Origin: Macrostomum hystrix
Taxonomy: Eukaryota; Animalia; Platyhelminthes
Assembly: GCA_950097015.1 (NCBI GenBank)
Contig: CATNEN010000039.1
Location: forward strand, 19,902,001-19,966,000
Direction of reading: 5' to 3'
DNA length: 64,000 nt
The position numbers were made by a program, and so were the translations under genes. The notes beneath the pieces were generated by a model that ran no database searches, had not been told where the DNA came from, and worked only from the letters and a program-made list of their open reading frames with translations. The number at the start of each line of letters is the position of its first letter. Within the stretch, counting starts at the first letter, position 1. Below are positions 49,001 through 61,600 of the stretch, piece by piece.

Positions 49001-52000
49001 TCTTCCTCCGGTGTCACGTCCGCTCTTGTTGGCTCCGTTGTTAAAGCAGACGAGATTGTCGATAAATTGCCAAGGCTTGAATTGTATATGCCGCTGCTGC
49101 TGTTGCTGCCGACTGCTGCTGCCGTTGCTGCGGCCTGGGCGCACCTGTCCGGGCCGTGCTGGGTGATGAAGGTGAACGTCATGACGCCGAACAGGGTGCC
49201 AACCATTTCAAACACCATTCCTGAGGATTTTGATGGCAAAGAAGTATTTTTACAGTAACAATCCTACTCACCGAGGACTTATCTTTGGTCCCGTTCTCGC
49301 CATTTCGAACCAACCTTGCCACTATCTCTTTCTAGCCCTTGCCTGTCTCCACTACCTTTTTCGCCTATTGCCACTATCTGTTTAGCCCTCGCCTCTCGCC
49401 ATTATCTGTTTAGCCCTCGCCTCTCGCCATTATTTGTTTAGCCCTCGCCTCTTGCCATTATCTTTCTCGCCCTGGCCTCTCGCCACTATCTTTCACGCCC
49501 TCGCCTCTCGCCTTTATCTTTCTCGCCCTGGCCTCTCGCCACTATCTTTCAAGCCCTTGCCTCTCGTCATTATCTTTCTCGCCCTCGCCATTATCTGTTT
49601 AGCACTCGCCTCTTGCCATCATCTTTTTCGCGCTGGCCTCTCGCCATTATCTTTCTCGCCCTGGCCTCTCGCCATTATCTTTCTCGCCCTGGCCTCTTGC
49701 CATTATCTTTCTCGCCCTCGCCATTATCTGTTTAGCACTCGCCTCTTGCCATCATCTTTTTCGCGCTGGCCTCTCGCCATTATCTTTCTCGCCCTGGCCT
49801 CTCGCCATTATCTTTCTCGCCCTGGCCTCTTGCCATTATCTTTCTCGCCCTGGCCTCTCGCCACTATCTTTCAAGCCCTTGCCTCTCGTCATTATCTTTC
49901 TCGCCCTCGCCATTATCTGTTTAGCACTCGCCTCTCACCATTATCTTTCTCGCACTGGCCTCTTGCCATTATCTTTCTCGTCCTGGCGTCTTGCCATTAT
50001 CTTTCTCGCGCTGGCCTCTCGCCATTATCTTTCAAAGCACTAGCCTTTGTTCTCGCAATATTTATTCGCCCTCCTAATTAATTGCTTTTTTTAATCCATT
50101 TCCTATTTCCACCCCAGCCATTTTTAAATCGCTCACGCATTTTCCATCTCATTGGTGTTTTTCTCAGCGAAGAATATTTAAAAGTTTCAAACAATGCTAC
50201 TGAACAGTAGACTAGTTGGACAATTCTCATATTATATCTTAGCGCATTCAGAAAATCGTCAGCAGAAAAACAGGGAGAGAGGCGGGAGGGGGCAGGGCAG
50301 AGAGGCGCAGTCGAAAGATCGGCCAAACACAGAATTTCCATAGCGGGAGCTGAGTACGCGCGAACTTGGGTCGGGGGGTGGAACGATACGCGTGGAAAGA
50401 GAGACAGAGGCCAAAGCTAGAAAGGGGATTATATATCCGACAGCCACTGTATTGGGGAAAAAACTGGCACTGGGAGGGGGCAAGAGAAATTGTCAGACCA
50501 CGTGGCGCGCACTACACAGACAGACGGACAGACAGACAGGGAAGGGAAAAATAGGAGTGGGGAGTAGGCTTAGTCACCCCACCCATGTGTGTGTGAGTGT
50601 GTGTGGCTAAGGTCGCTGCAAGTTGAACCTCGAATTGAATTGAACTACATTATTCAATAATATCAATAGCAATGCAATGCTATCAAGGGTAAGCAAGCTG
50701 TTGCAGAATGTAACTACTAGCTAGCTAACATGCATACAATTTAATGCCAGGAATTAGAGAAGTGCACATAGCAGTGGGCTGGTAGGACAGACTAATAGAG
50801 AGAGAGAGAGAGAGAGAGAGACAAACAAGTGAATGGCGCCACCGTACCCAGTACCGGTTCGTTCACACACTTAGCTACCTGAATCTAAAATTCTACAATT
50901 TGATTGTCAACTTGTTGATTAAAATAGACTAGTAGTCTAACTACTAGGGTTAGATTGCAGGACTTGCAGTTAAGGTAAACAAGTTTAGTACACGTTTCTT
51001 TTAATAGCTTGATAAGAGAAAATCAGTTTTTTTATTTGTAGCTTCAAGCTTGGTTCTATTTTTTTATGCCCAGCAAATATAAATCCGCCTACACAATGGC
51101 CAACAGATTTTCTGTTTTTGGCTAGTTTCTAGAGCTCTAATAAAACCACTTCTACTGCTGCTGCTGCTGCTGCTGCAGACTTTCCTCCTTCAACACTCAA
51201 CCAACAGCTGTCGCATTGAATTAAAGGAATGCAAGAAATCAATCAATAGAGTACTTTCCTAGTTAAATAATAGAAGTTAGTTAGACAAATCTTACTGGCA
51301 GGCTTGAAAGCAAAAGAATATTTTTTCTTAGGAAGAGAGAGAAGCAGACTGATCAGGAAGAGAGAGAAGTAGACTGATCAGGAAGAGAGAGAAGTAGACT
51401 GATCAGGAAGAGAGAGAAGTAGACTGATCAGGAAGAGAGAGAAGTAGACTGATCAGGAAGAGAGAGAAGTAGACTGATCAGGAAGAGAGAGAAGTAGACT
51501 GATCAGGAAGAGAGAGAAGTAGACTGATCACAAAGAGAGAGAAGTAGACTGATCACAAAGAGAGAGAAGTAGACTGATCAGGAAGAGAGAGAAGTAGACT
51601 GATCACAAAGAGAGAGAAGTAGACTGATCACAAAGAGAGAGAAGCAGACTGATCACAAAGAGAGAGAAGCAGACTGATCACAAAGAGAGAGAAGCAGACT
51701 GATCACAAAGAGAGAGAAGCAGACTGATCAGGAAGAGAGAGAAGTAGACTGATCAGGAAGAGAGAGAAGTAGACTGATCAGGAAGAGAGAGAAGTAGACT
51801 GATCAGGAAGAGAGAGAAGTAGACTGATCAGGAAGAGAGAGAAGTAGACTGATCAGGAAGAGAGAGAAGCAGACTGATCACAAAGAGAGAGAAGTAGACT
51901 GATCAGGAAGAGAGAGAAGTAGACTGATCAGGAAGAGAGAGAAGTAGACTGATCAGGAAGAGAGAGAAGTAACTGATGAGGGTGAGAATCGAACCCCAAA

Positions 52001-54186
52001 CCGCTAGGTCAGAAGTGTTCAATCTAAAATAAACACTAAGTCACCGTTGTCAAGTAATTTAACGTTAACAAAAGTACTTACTCAGTGTAGTGGCAGCGTC
52101 CCTATCAACAGTTCGACTGGATATTAGCATTGTCATCGACGTGTAGGGAATATGATAGGTCTGGAAATGAGAAATCTGTTTAGTTTAGTTTAGCTAGTTT
52201 AGATTGATGCTAAAAATAGTTCTTTGAATTTGGGATTCTAGCAACTGAGGAATGTAACTGAACCGAGATTGGTCACGTGATGAGGCCGAGTGCGAGAGTA
52301 CTCGGGTTGGGGGTGGGGTATTAGCTGGGAGAGGGAGGGGAAGTACCTTGGCTGCAGTCTCGGCAGTGCACAAGCTCAGGTTTTTTATGGTCTGGCCTGA
52401 CTAGGTAAAGCATATTGCGTGTGAAAACACATTCTTAGACGTGTTATGCTGTATGCAAATATGAGTTAGTTATTTTCAAGTAAATGTATTACTCCGCGTT
52501 CCCTAGAATGCTAAACTAGCATCCAGCTGTAAACAGATGGTTTAAGCCTGTCTAACCTAGATGATAGATAGACTCGAAATGACAGCCTTCGAGATATTTT
52601 AGGAGATATTAAAAAACGTGAGTATTAGAAATACGCGCCGATATATTAGATCTACTGTTGAAGACAGCGAACACAAGACTCGAACTCCAGACTTAGAAGT
52701 CGGATGTCTAACCAGTTTACTATACAAGCTTACTAAAGACACTGTAAATAAACATCATTGCAATTAAAAAGTCTTACCGTTAAAAAAGTGCAGAGAGCAA
52801 AGTAGACAATAAAATAGTAGATAAATCTGCCAGTTGTCCATTGCCATGGTGGCGTATGAAAGAACAAGAAGAAAGCGACTGCGCAAAAAGGCGACGAGCC
52901 TAGGACCCAGATGCGGCACTTGCCCCACCTGCAATAAGGAAAAAATACTTGATTAAAAAAATAGCGACATCAAACAAAGCATGGTGTTTGAAAGTGTCTT
53001 ACCTAGTCTCAGTGCGAGTGACCAGATAGCCAATCAGTGGATCGGACACGGCGTCCCAGAATCTACCAGCAAAGGACACAGTTAACACTAGGCCGGGTGT
53101 CAGTTTGGCGACCTCCAACAGGTAGACAGACATTAGGAAGCCAAGTATATTGCTGCACATTGCTGATGGAGGTGCAGCTAAGCCATAGAGTAGGCGCCTA
53201 CATGTGGACAAAGCTGGCACTTGCATTGCATTGACCTCAGCTGCACACGCATCTGGGTACACAGACTGGTTTGAGGTTATAAGTGGATCCATTGTCTGCA
53301 AAAGGAATAGGAAAAGTTTCTAATTGGCACTTAGGTTATCAATAACACAATAGCAAACACTAGCAAACTATTATATTTAGCAATATAAAATAATTTTGGA
53401 AACTAAAATATAATTAGCATGAGTAACCTGGTGTAAAGTGTTAATTCTTGAGTACTAGTTCTTTTCATTAAAAGTTTGCCTATTAATAAATTCACACTGT
53501 AAATAAGATAAATTTTTAACAGTTCACATATAAGGCTACAGATAGGGTGATATATTAATTAGAGAAGAAAGATAGCCATATCATACCTAAATGTATGTAT
53601 AATATTCATAATATATGATATATATAGGCCTACTTATATTGGCAACTTTAAAGTAAGCAAGGTCAGTTGTGTATGCCTTAGTTAGATAGCTAAGCAAATT
53701 TAGTACCCACATTCTATTTAAAAAGCAAACATGCATAGCAATGATAGAAATTAAAACTATAATTTAATTAATTATTACAGATTCTAAAATTATAAATTGA
53801 TTCATTCTACTTATAAAAGACACTAATCATCCTGTTGACTGTGAAAAAATATTTATTTATTTTTAACCAATCATAGTATTTTATATGAACATTTAATTCC
53901 TAAAAATTTATAGCAATAAAATTAAAAAACTGTACTTATAAACAGACAATAAACTTTGCTTATCTAATCTATATAGATTTACAATAAGCTGCAATATTAA
54001 AAAGGCAGTATTTCAACTTACATTTGAATGAATCAGTGTAGTCTGTGACACAATACTTGGTACAATGTTTTGTGCTGCACCATTGTCTCCATTAAATTCA
54101 ATAGCAGAATTTTCATTAGAGAATGCCTGGGGTCCATGACTACACATTTTCGGACTTGAATGCTGACGCCGAGGCTGTGGTGGCAT
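46053..54186 (-). CDS. MFSD2: MFSD2-like major facilitator superfamily transporter (MelB/GPH family; Na+-dependent lysolipid symporter-like)
   Basis: Seven phase-consistent exons: 54186-54022, 53295-53003, 52928-52778, 52160-52082, 49220-48569, 47168-46806, 46458-46053 (TGA). Motifs YLLEVAKL, GRFWDAVSDPLIGYLV, YHIPYTSMTMLIS...RDAAT, LLPWIMLPDVIDD, EAAFYSLYVFFNKFAVG, QPESVGLALR, YPIT. Confidence 0.92.
46475..46735. repeat. Degenerate tandem repeat (GACTATCAGGGAGAGGATTAGG-like)
   Basis: Recurrent motif in the last MFSD2 intron. Confidence 0.75.
47310..48430. repeat. Minisatellite, 20-bp unit CGTCTTCTACTACTAGTGCA
   Basis: Exact 20-bp periodicity in MFSD2 intron 5. Confidence 0.96.
49315..50035. 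repeat. Pyrimidine-rich minisatellite GCCTCTCGCCATTATCTTTCTCGCCCT-type (~27-29 bp)
   Basis: Tandem array in MFSD2 intron 4. Confidence 0.92.
51329..51978. repeat. Minisatellite, 25-bp unit AGGAAGAGAGAGAAGTAGACTGATC
   Basis: 25-bp periodicity in MFSD2 intron 4. Confidence 0.96.
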
Positions 54187-55681
54187 TCCAAACAGACGTG
54201 CAGGTTTAAACTGCAGAAAGCTAGTAGCGACTTTTGCTATGTATGACTCGTATTTCAATTTTTGTGGTTAGAAGGAAAGAATTAGGTTCGATCCAGGATC
54301 ATCCAGGTTGACTTAAGTTAATAATTAATGAAGGTAAGCTTCGTCACTGGTCACTCAGCGATTTACTTGATTATAATCAAACAAAAAAATCAATTTCGTT
54401 TTAAGCGAATTTTAAAGACAGTAAGTATAGATGCTACACCAGTGAGTGTACATTTGCACGTTTTTTGCATGTTTATTTCACGCCTAACATGGATTAAAAG
54501 TAATTTGAAATATTTTTCGCTCAGCTGTAAAACAATAACAAAAACGTTTGCATCTTTATCTTCAATAAAAGTGCTATTTGTATGTTTTATTTTTTATACA
54601 AGATATTTATTCTATACAATATCTTAGTGACATGCTAACGAAAGAAAAGTCTTGTCCCACCACGAAAAGTACGGAAAATGATACATGATTCTGAAATGAT
54701 TCTGAATCATTTTCTTGTTCCTTTTTGTTTCCTTAAAACGTAGACTTTTTTATTTTATTAGGAAGCAAAAAAACTGTACAAATGTATTTGTCGTGAAGCT
54801 AAGGCAACAAGTAGGCTCTTTCAGAAGGAAAAATAGAAAGAGAAAACTACACATTACATGATTCGTTATATGTCCTGCATTTTGGCGCCGAGTACTCGCC
54901 CTGCTCGACAAAACTAAATTAGTTCGCGAATACAAGACGGTTTTAAAATCTGAACACGCTTATGATTGCAACCCGGTTGAAACCGGGTTCATATTCATTG
55001 GCCTGTGATCAATCTCATATCAGAACTAAAAGTAAATATTTACTGTGTAGAAAATAGTAGACTTTCGATCTGTTATTCTAGTCCTTTTCTGAATAGCTAG
55101 CAACATTTGCAGCTAGCATGCATGCACATGTCCATACAAGATATATTTTTCAGATTATTTTCTTTTAAATACAAAAATTGTGTGATGCACCCGAAGTTCA
55201 TGCACAGAGCGCTCGCAAATTTTAATGTACACATACTCGTACTCGCTCGTATGCACGATTGTGCGTAAGTTCGTTGATGGCTCATGGAAACTAGAGCTAG
55301 AAGTACATTTCATGCTGCATGTAGGTGCGATCGGTAGACAATTATAGTGATGTGCAGATTCTGTAGCGTAAGTGATTACTGTAAAATAGAAGAAATCACG
55401 ACGTCGACTTTCTTTTAGGAACAACTTTGACAAAATTGAACTTCGGGTGTTTGTCGAAAATATGTCGCGAAATTTATTTGATCTTTACACTGGACTTGAA
55501 ATGGCATACAAAAAATTACAATAAATTACTTAGTTTCAAAAAAAGAGAACTCACCTTTTGAGAAATGTAATTCTTTTTCCAAAAATAGAAAAAAACAAAA
55601 AAATCCTGCAATATGCCAATACAAGACAGCAGGGGGAATTTATACATAAAGATAATTAGCTAGAGCATTGCCTCATTCGGT

Positions 55682-58600
55682 TCAGATGCTCGAAGCTGCG
55701 TTCAACTCTTCGTACAGTCTGGCTAGTCGGTCGCCGAACATTTTGCGAAGCTGAATGCGCACGGCCTTGAAGGTTGGCGTCAGTAATCCGTTCTCGACTG
55801 TGAATGGCTCAGGGTGGAGAAGTATATCCTTCACCTATGAAATTTAAAACAGGCGATACTACACGGAGTAATTTTAAACCAATATAGCAATTAGTTTTAC
55901 TTTACGTATATGAACACAAATTCATTTTCGCACCTGTTCAAACGTAGTAAGACCATTGGCCTTCCCAGTCTTCAGCATGCTGCGTAAGATTTCGTTCTTC
56001 AGGTCAGCATTCTCGCACAATTCCGTAGCATTTTCCGGCAAGCCGTGGACCATAGCCCAAGCTTGCAACTTCTCCGGATTGGGCACCACAATGCCTAGAA
56101 TGAAGCTCTGAAGGCTATCGCCGTGTACGAACACCTGGTAGACGTACTGATCTATGCTGTAGATCTGCTCGATCTTCTCCGGTGCTACGTACAACCCCTG
56201 CGACAGCTTGAATATGTGCTTCTTCCTGTCGATGATTTTCAAGAAGCCATCCGCAGTCCACTGTCCAATGTCGCCGGTGTGCAGCCAGCCGTCTGAGTCG
56301 ATGATTTTAGCAGTTTCACTATCCATCTTGTAGTAGCCAGAAAAGACGTTCGATCCTTTGCAGCACACTTCGCCGCAACCGTCCTTGGAAAAGTAGTTCA
56401 TCTCAGGCACATCCTGCAGTTGGATGATGTTACAGAACAGTGGTATGCCTACATTGCCAGTCGACGGGTTGCCAGGTAAAGTGATCGAGCAGGGGCCCGT
56501 GCACTCCGTCTGGCCGTAGCCCTCGATCACTGGGCAGCCGAATGCGGCGCGCGTGAAACGCATAACTTCCTCGGCAAGGGGCGCCGAGCCGACGATGACA
56601 ATACGAATTTGGTTGCCCGTTGACTCCTGTTTTTCAAGCAGTTGGAATGCATAGAGATTATAAGAAAACGAGTTTCTAGAATCACATTATAATACGTCAT
56701 TATACTCGTAAAAAACACGAGCCGTAAAAATTAAAAATTTTTAGTTACAGTTTGTTCACTTTGTTTGCCGCTATAGTTTCAACTTCTAATGACAACAAAT
56801 AACTGTGTACGGTCTCAGGTAGTTCATTTTGTACGCTTCAAAAGCTTTGGCGCGAACACAGACCACGACGCCAACGGTTGAAGCATTGTCGAGGAGGACC
56901 CAGGGACTATCACACGGGGCGCCAATACCACGGGGCGCCACTACCACATGGAGGCGCCACTATCATAAGGGGGCGCCACAATCACACGGGGGCGCTATAA
57001 CCACATGGAGGCGCCACTATCAGATGGGGGCGCCACTACCAGATGGGGGCGCCTGCACTACCAGATGGGGGCGCCACTACCAGATGGGGGCGCCACTACC
57101 ACATTGAGGCGCCACTACTCGTACTATGGGGTGCGACACAGTTTCGTCAGCCTATTAGCCTTGCTCCCACCCTGATCCGCTGAGGGCAAGTGGGACTCGG
57201 CGCGGATGATGTACCATGGCGTGGATGGCATCCACTTGACATGCTGTCGGAGCGATCGAGTCTATCAGCGTCCAGGTCTCGACGTTGTCACGCCCTCTCA
57301 AGCCCTCTAAAGTCCGACTTTAGGAACGGCCCCAACAAAACCAACTACAGTCGACGCGTCAGATTTGGGACCTGCAGTCGACGCGTCAGATTCGGGACCT
57401 TCTCTACCATAGACAACAGCGGCGGCCCCAACAAAACAAACTGCAGTCGACGCGTCAGATTCGGGACCTTCTCTACCATAGACAACAGCGGCGGCCCCAA
57501 CAAAACAAACTGCAGTCGACGCGTCAGATTCGTGACCTTCTCTACCATAGACAACAGCGGCGGCCCCAACAAAACAAACTGCAGTCGACGCGCCAGATTC
57601 GGGACCTTCTCTACCATAGACAACAGCGGCGGCCCCAACAAAACAAACTGCAGTCGACGCGTCAGATTCGTGACCTTCTCTACCATAGACAACAGCGGCG
57701 GCCCCAACAAAACAAACTGCAGTCGACGCGTCAGATTCGGGACCTTCTCTACCATAGACAACAGCGGCGGCCCCAACAAAACAAACTGCAGTCGACGCGT
57801 CAGATTTGGGACCTGCAGTCGACGCGTCAGATTTGGGACCTGCAGTCGACGCGTCAGATTTGGGACCTGCAGTCGACGCGTCAGATTTGGGACCTGCAGT
57901 CGACGCGTCAGATTCGGGACCTTCTCTACCATAGACAACAGCGGCGGCCCCAACAAAACAAACTGCAGTCGACGCGTCAGATTCGGGACCTTCTCTACCA
58001 TAGACAACAGCGGCGGCCCCAACAAAACAAACTGCAGTCGACGCGTCAGATTCGTGACCTTCTCTACCATAGACAACAGCGGCGGCCCCAACAAAACAAA
58101 CTGCAGTCGACGCGTCAGATTCGGGACCTTCTCTACCATAGACAACAGCGGCGGCCCCAACAAAACAAACTGCAGTCGACGCGTCAGATTCGTGACCTTC
58201 TCTACCATAGACAACAGCGGCGGCCCCAACAAAACAAACTGCAGTCGACGCGTCAGATTTGGGACCTGCAGTCGACGCGTCAGATTTGGGACCTGCAGTC
58301 GACGCGTCAGATTTGGGACCTGCAGTCGACGCGTCAGATTTGGGACCTGCAGTCGACGCGTCAGATTTGGGACCTGCAGTCGACGCGTCAGATTTGGGAC
58401 CTGCAGTCGACGCGTCAGATTCGGGACCTTCTCTACCATAAACAACAGCGGCGGCCCCAACAAAACAAACTGCAGTCGACGCGTCAGATTCTGGACCTTC
58501 TTTTCAATAGACAACAGTGTGACAAATCCCCGCTGTGGAGACTATATTTTTATTCAAATGGACATGGATAAAAACATTTGCAGCTATTGTCACACGCATA

Positions 58601-61600
58601 CACGCATATTAGCTCGAATAGCTTACCTGAATATTCTTAAACACCAGCGAATCCCAGAATGAATTTTTTCTTATTATGCCTCTGTCGACCTCGGCATTTT
58701 TTTTCCTAAGAGCCATTCGAAATATGGCGGCACGGAGACAGTTTGAGGTGGCCTGCATCATTGTTTTATCGTAGATGCGATTCAGCAAGCGCGGCACTGT
58801 ACAGAATATTGTCGGCTTCAACTCTTTCATGTCGTCAACAAGGGTTAGAATGTCGCCCCTGTAGAAGCCGATTCGTATGCCGTGAATGAAACATAAAATG
58901 TTCATCATTCGCTCGAAAATGTGAGCCAGCGGAAGGTAACTCAGGTAAATGTCCTCGGCCGTAGGAACCGAAACGTGCTGTTAATATTTTTGTGACGTAT
59001 GAAGCCTTTTAGACGAGATAAAAAGCTTACAAGTTTTCAATCTTTTTCAAAATCCCTTTTTAACTGTTTCATACTTATATATAGATTTTTCTTTAAGTCT
59101 TAAACCGTTAGAAAAAGCACCAAAATTTGAACTTACGTTTTTGCCGTAGGCAAGCAAAAACTCCTGTATACACAGCGCTTCGGACACAAGATTGCCATGG
59201 GTAATTTTAGCGCCCTTCGGTAGACCTAAAATTGGAGGTTCGTTTCCAATGCATAAGTCCCAAACTGTCTTATCAGTGTGTGTGTAAGTCCCGAGCTGTC
59301 TTATCAGTGTGTGTGTAAGTCCCAAACTGTCTTATCAGTGTGTGTGTAAGTCCCGAACTGTCTTATCAGTGTGTGTGTAAGTCCCTAGCTGTCTTATCAG
59401 TGTGTGTGTAAGTCCCGAGCTGTCTTATCAGTGTGTGTGCAAGTCCCTATAGCTGTCTTATCAGTGTGTGTGTAGTCCCGAGCTGTCTTATCAGTGTGTG
59501 TGTAAGTCCCGAGCTGTCTTATCAGTGTGTGTGTAAGTCCCTAGCTGTCTTATCAGTGTGTGTGTAAGTCCCGAGCTGTCTTATCAGTGTGTGTGTAAGT
59601 CTTATCAGTGTGTGTGTAAGTCCCGAGCTGTCTTATCAGTGTGTGTGTAAGTCCCTATAGCTGTCTTATCAGTGTGTGTGTGTAAGTCCCTAGCTGTCTT
59701 ATCAGTGTGTGTGTAAGTCCCGAGCTGTCTTATCAGTGTGTGTGTGAGTCTTATCAGTGTGTGTGTATGTCCCGAGCTGTCTTATCAGTGTGTGTGTAAG
59801 TCCCTAGCTGTCTTATCAGTGTGTGTGTAGTCCCGAGCTGTCTTATCAGTATGTGTGTAAGTCCCGAGCTGTCTTATCAGTGTGTGTGTAAGTCCCTAGC
59901 TGTCTTATCAGTGTGTGTGTAAGTCCCGAACTGTCTTATCAGTGTGTGTGTAAGTCCCGAGCTGTCTTATCAGTGTGTGTGTAAGTCCCAAACTGTCTTA
60001 TCAGTGTGTGTGTAAGTCCCGAACTGTCTTATCAGTGTGTGTGTAAGTCCCTAGCTGTCTTATCAGTGTGTGTGTAAGTCCCGAACTGTCTTATCAGTGT
60101 GTGTGTAAGTCCCTAGCTGTCTTATCAGTGTGTGTGTAAGTCCCGAGCTGTCTTATCAGTGTGTGTGCAAGTCCCTATAGCTGTCTTATCAGTGTGTGTG
60201 TAGTCCCGAGCTGTCTTATCAGTGTGTGTGTAAGTCCCGAGCTGTCTTATCAGTGTGTGTGTAAGTCCCTAGCTGTCTTATCAGTGTGTGTGTAAGTCCC
60301 GAGCTGTCTTATCAGTGTGTGTGTAAGTCTTATCAGTGTGTGTGTAAGTCCCGAGCTGTCTTATCAGTGTGTGTGTAAGTCCCTATAGCTGTCTTATCAG
60401 TGTGTGTGTGTAAGTCCCTAGCTGTCTTATCAGTGTGTGTGTAAGTCCCGAGCTGTCTTATCAGTGTGTGTGTGAGTCTTATCAGTGTGTGTGTATGTCC
60501 CGAGCTGTCTTATCAGTGTGTGTGTAAGTCCCTAGCTGTCTTATCAGTGTGTGTGTAGTCCCGAGCTGTCTTATCAGTATGTGTGTGTAAGTCCCGAGCT
60601 GTCTTATCAGTGTGTGTGTAAGTCCCGAGCTGTCTTATCACTGTGTGTGTAAGTCCCGAGCTGTCTTATCAGTGTGTGTGTAAGTCCCAAACTGTCTTAT
60701 TAGTGTGTGTGTAGTCCCGAGCTGTCTTATCAGTATGTGTGTGTAAGTCCCGAGCTGTCTTATCAGTATGTGTGTGTAAGTCCCGAGCTGTCTTATCAGT
60801 GTGTGTGTAAGTCCCTAGCTGTCTTATCAGTGTGTGTGTAGTCCCGAGCTGTCTTATCAGTGTGTGTGTAAGTCCCGAGCTGTCTTATCAGTGTGTCTGT
60901 AAGTCCCTAGCTGTCTTATCAGTGTGTGTGTAGTCCCGAGCTGTCTTATCAGTGTGTGTGTAAGTCCCGAGCTGTCTTATCAGTGTGTGTGTAAGTCCCG
61001 AGCTGTCTTATCAGTGTGTGTGTAAGTCTTATCAGTGTGTGTGTAAGTCCCGAGCTGTCTTATCAGTGTGTGTGTAAGTCCCTATAGCTGTCTTATCAGT
61101 GTGTGTGTGTAAGTCCCTAGCTGTCTTATCAGTGTGTGTGTAAGTCCCGAGCTGTCTTATCAGTGTGTGTGTGAGTCTTATCAGTGTGTGTGTATGTCCC
61201 GAGCTGTATTATCAGTGTGTGTGTAAGTCCCTAGCTGTCTTATCAGTGTGTGTGTACGTCCCGAGCTGTCTTATCAGTGTGTGTGTAAGTCCCGAGCTGT
61301 CTTATCAGTGTGTGTGTAAGTCCCGAGCTGTCTTATCACTGTGTGTGTATGTCCCGAGCTGTCTTATCAGTGTGTGTGTATGTCCCGAGCTGTCTTATCA
61401 GTGTGTGTGTAAGTCCCGAGCTGTCTTATCAGTGTGTGTGTATGTCCCGAACTGTCTTATCAGTGTGTGTGTATGTCCCGAGCTGTCTTATCAGTGTGTG
61501 TGTAAGTCCCGAGCTGTCTTATCAGTGTGTGTGTATGTCCCGAACTGTCTTATCAGTGTGTGTGTAAGTCCCGAGCTGTCTTATCAGTGTGTGTGTAAGT

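Noticed and set aside
51984-52725. Two minus-strand tRNA-like remnants (near 51990 and 52680)
   Set aside because: Only B-box-like fragments; too degraded to call a tRNA or assign to a SINE family.
57190-58662. 490-aa repeat ORF, or a CRISPR-like array
   Set aside because: The intervening segments are identical copies, not unique spacers; no cas genes; eukaryotic intron.
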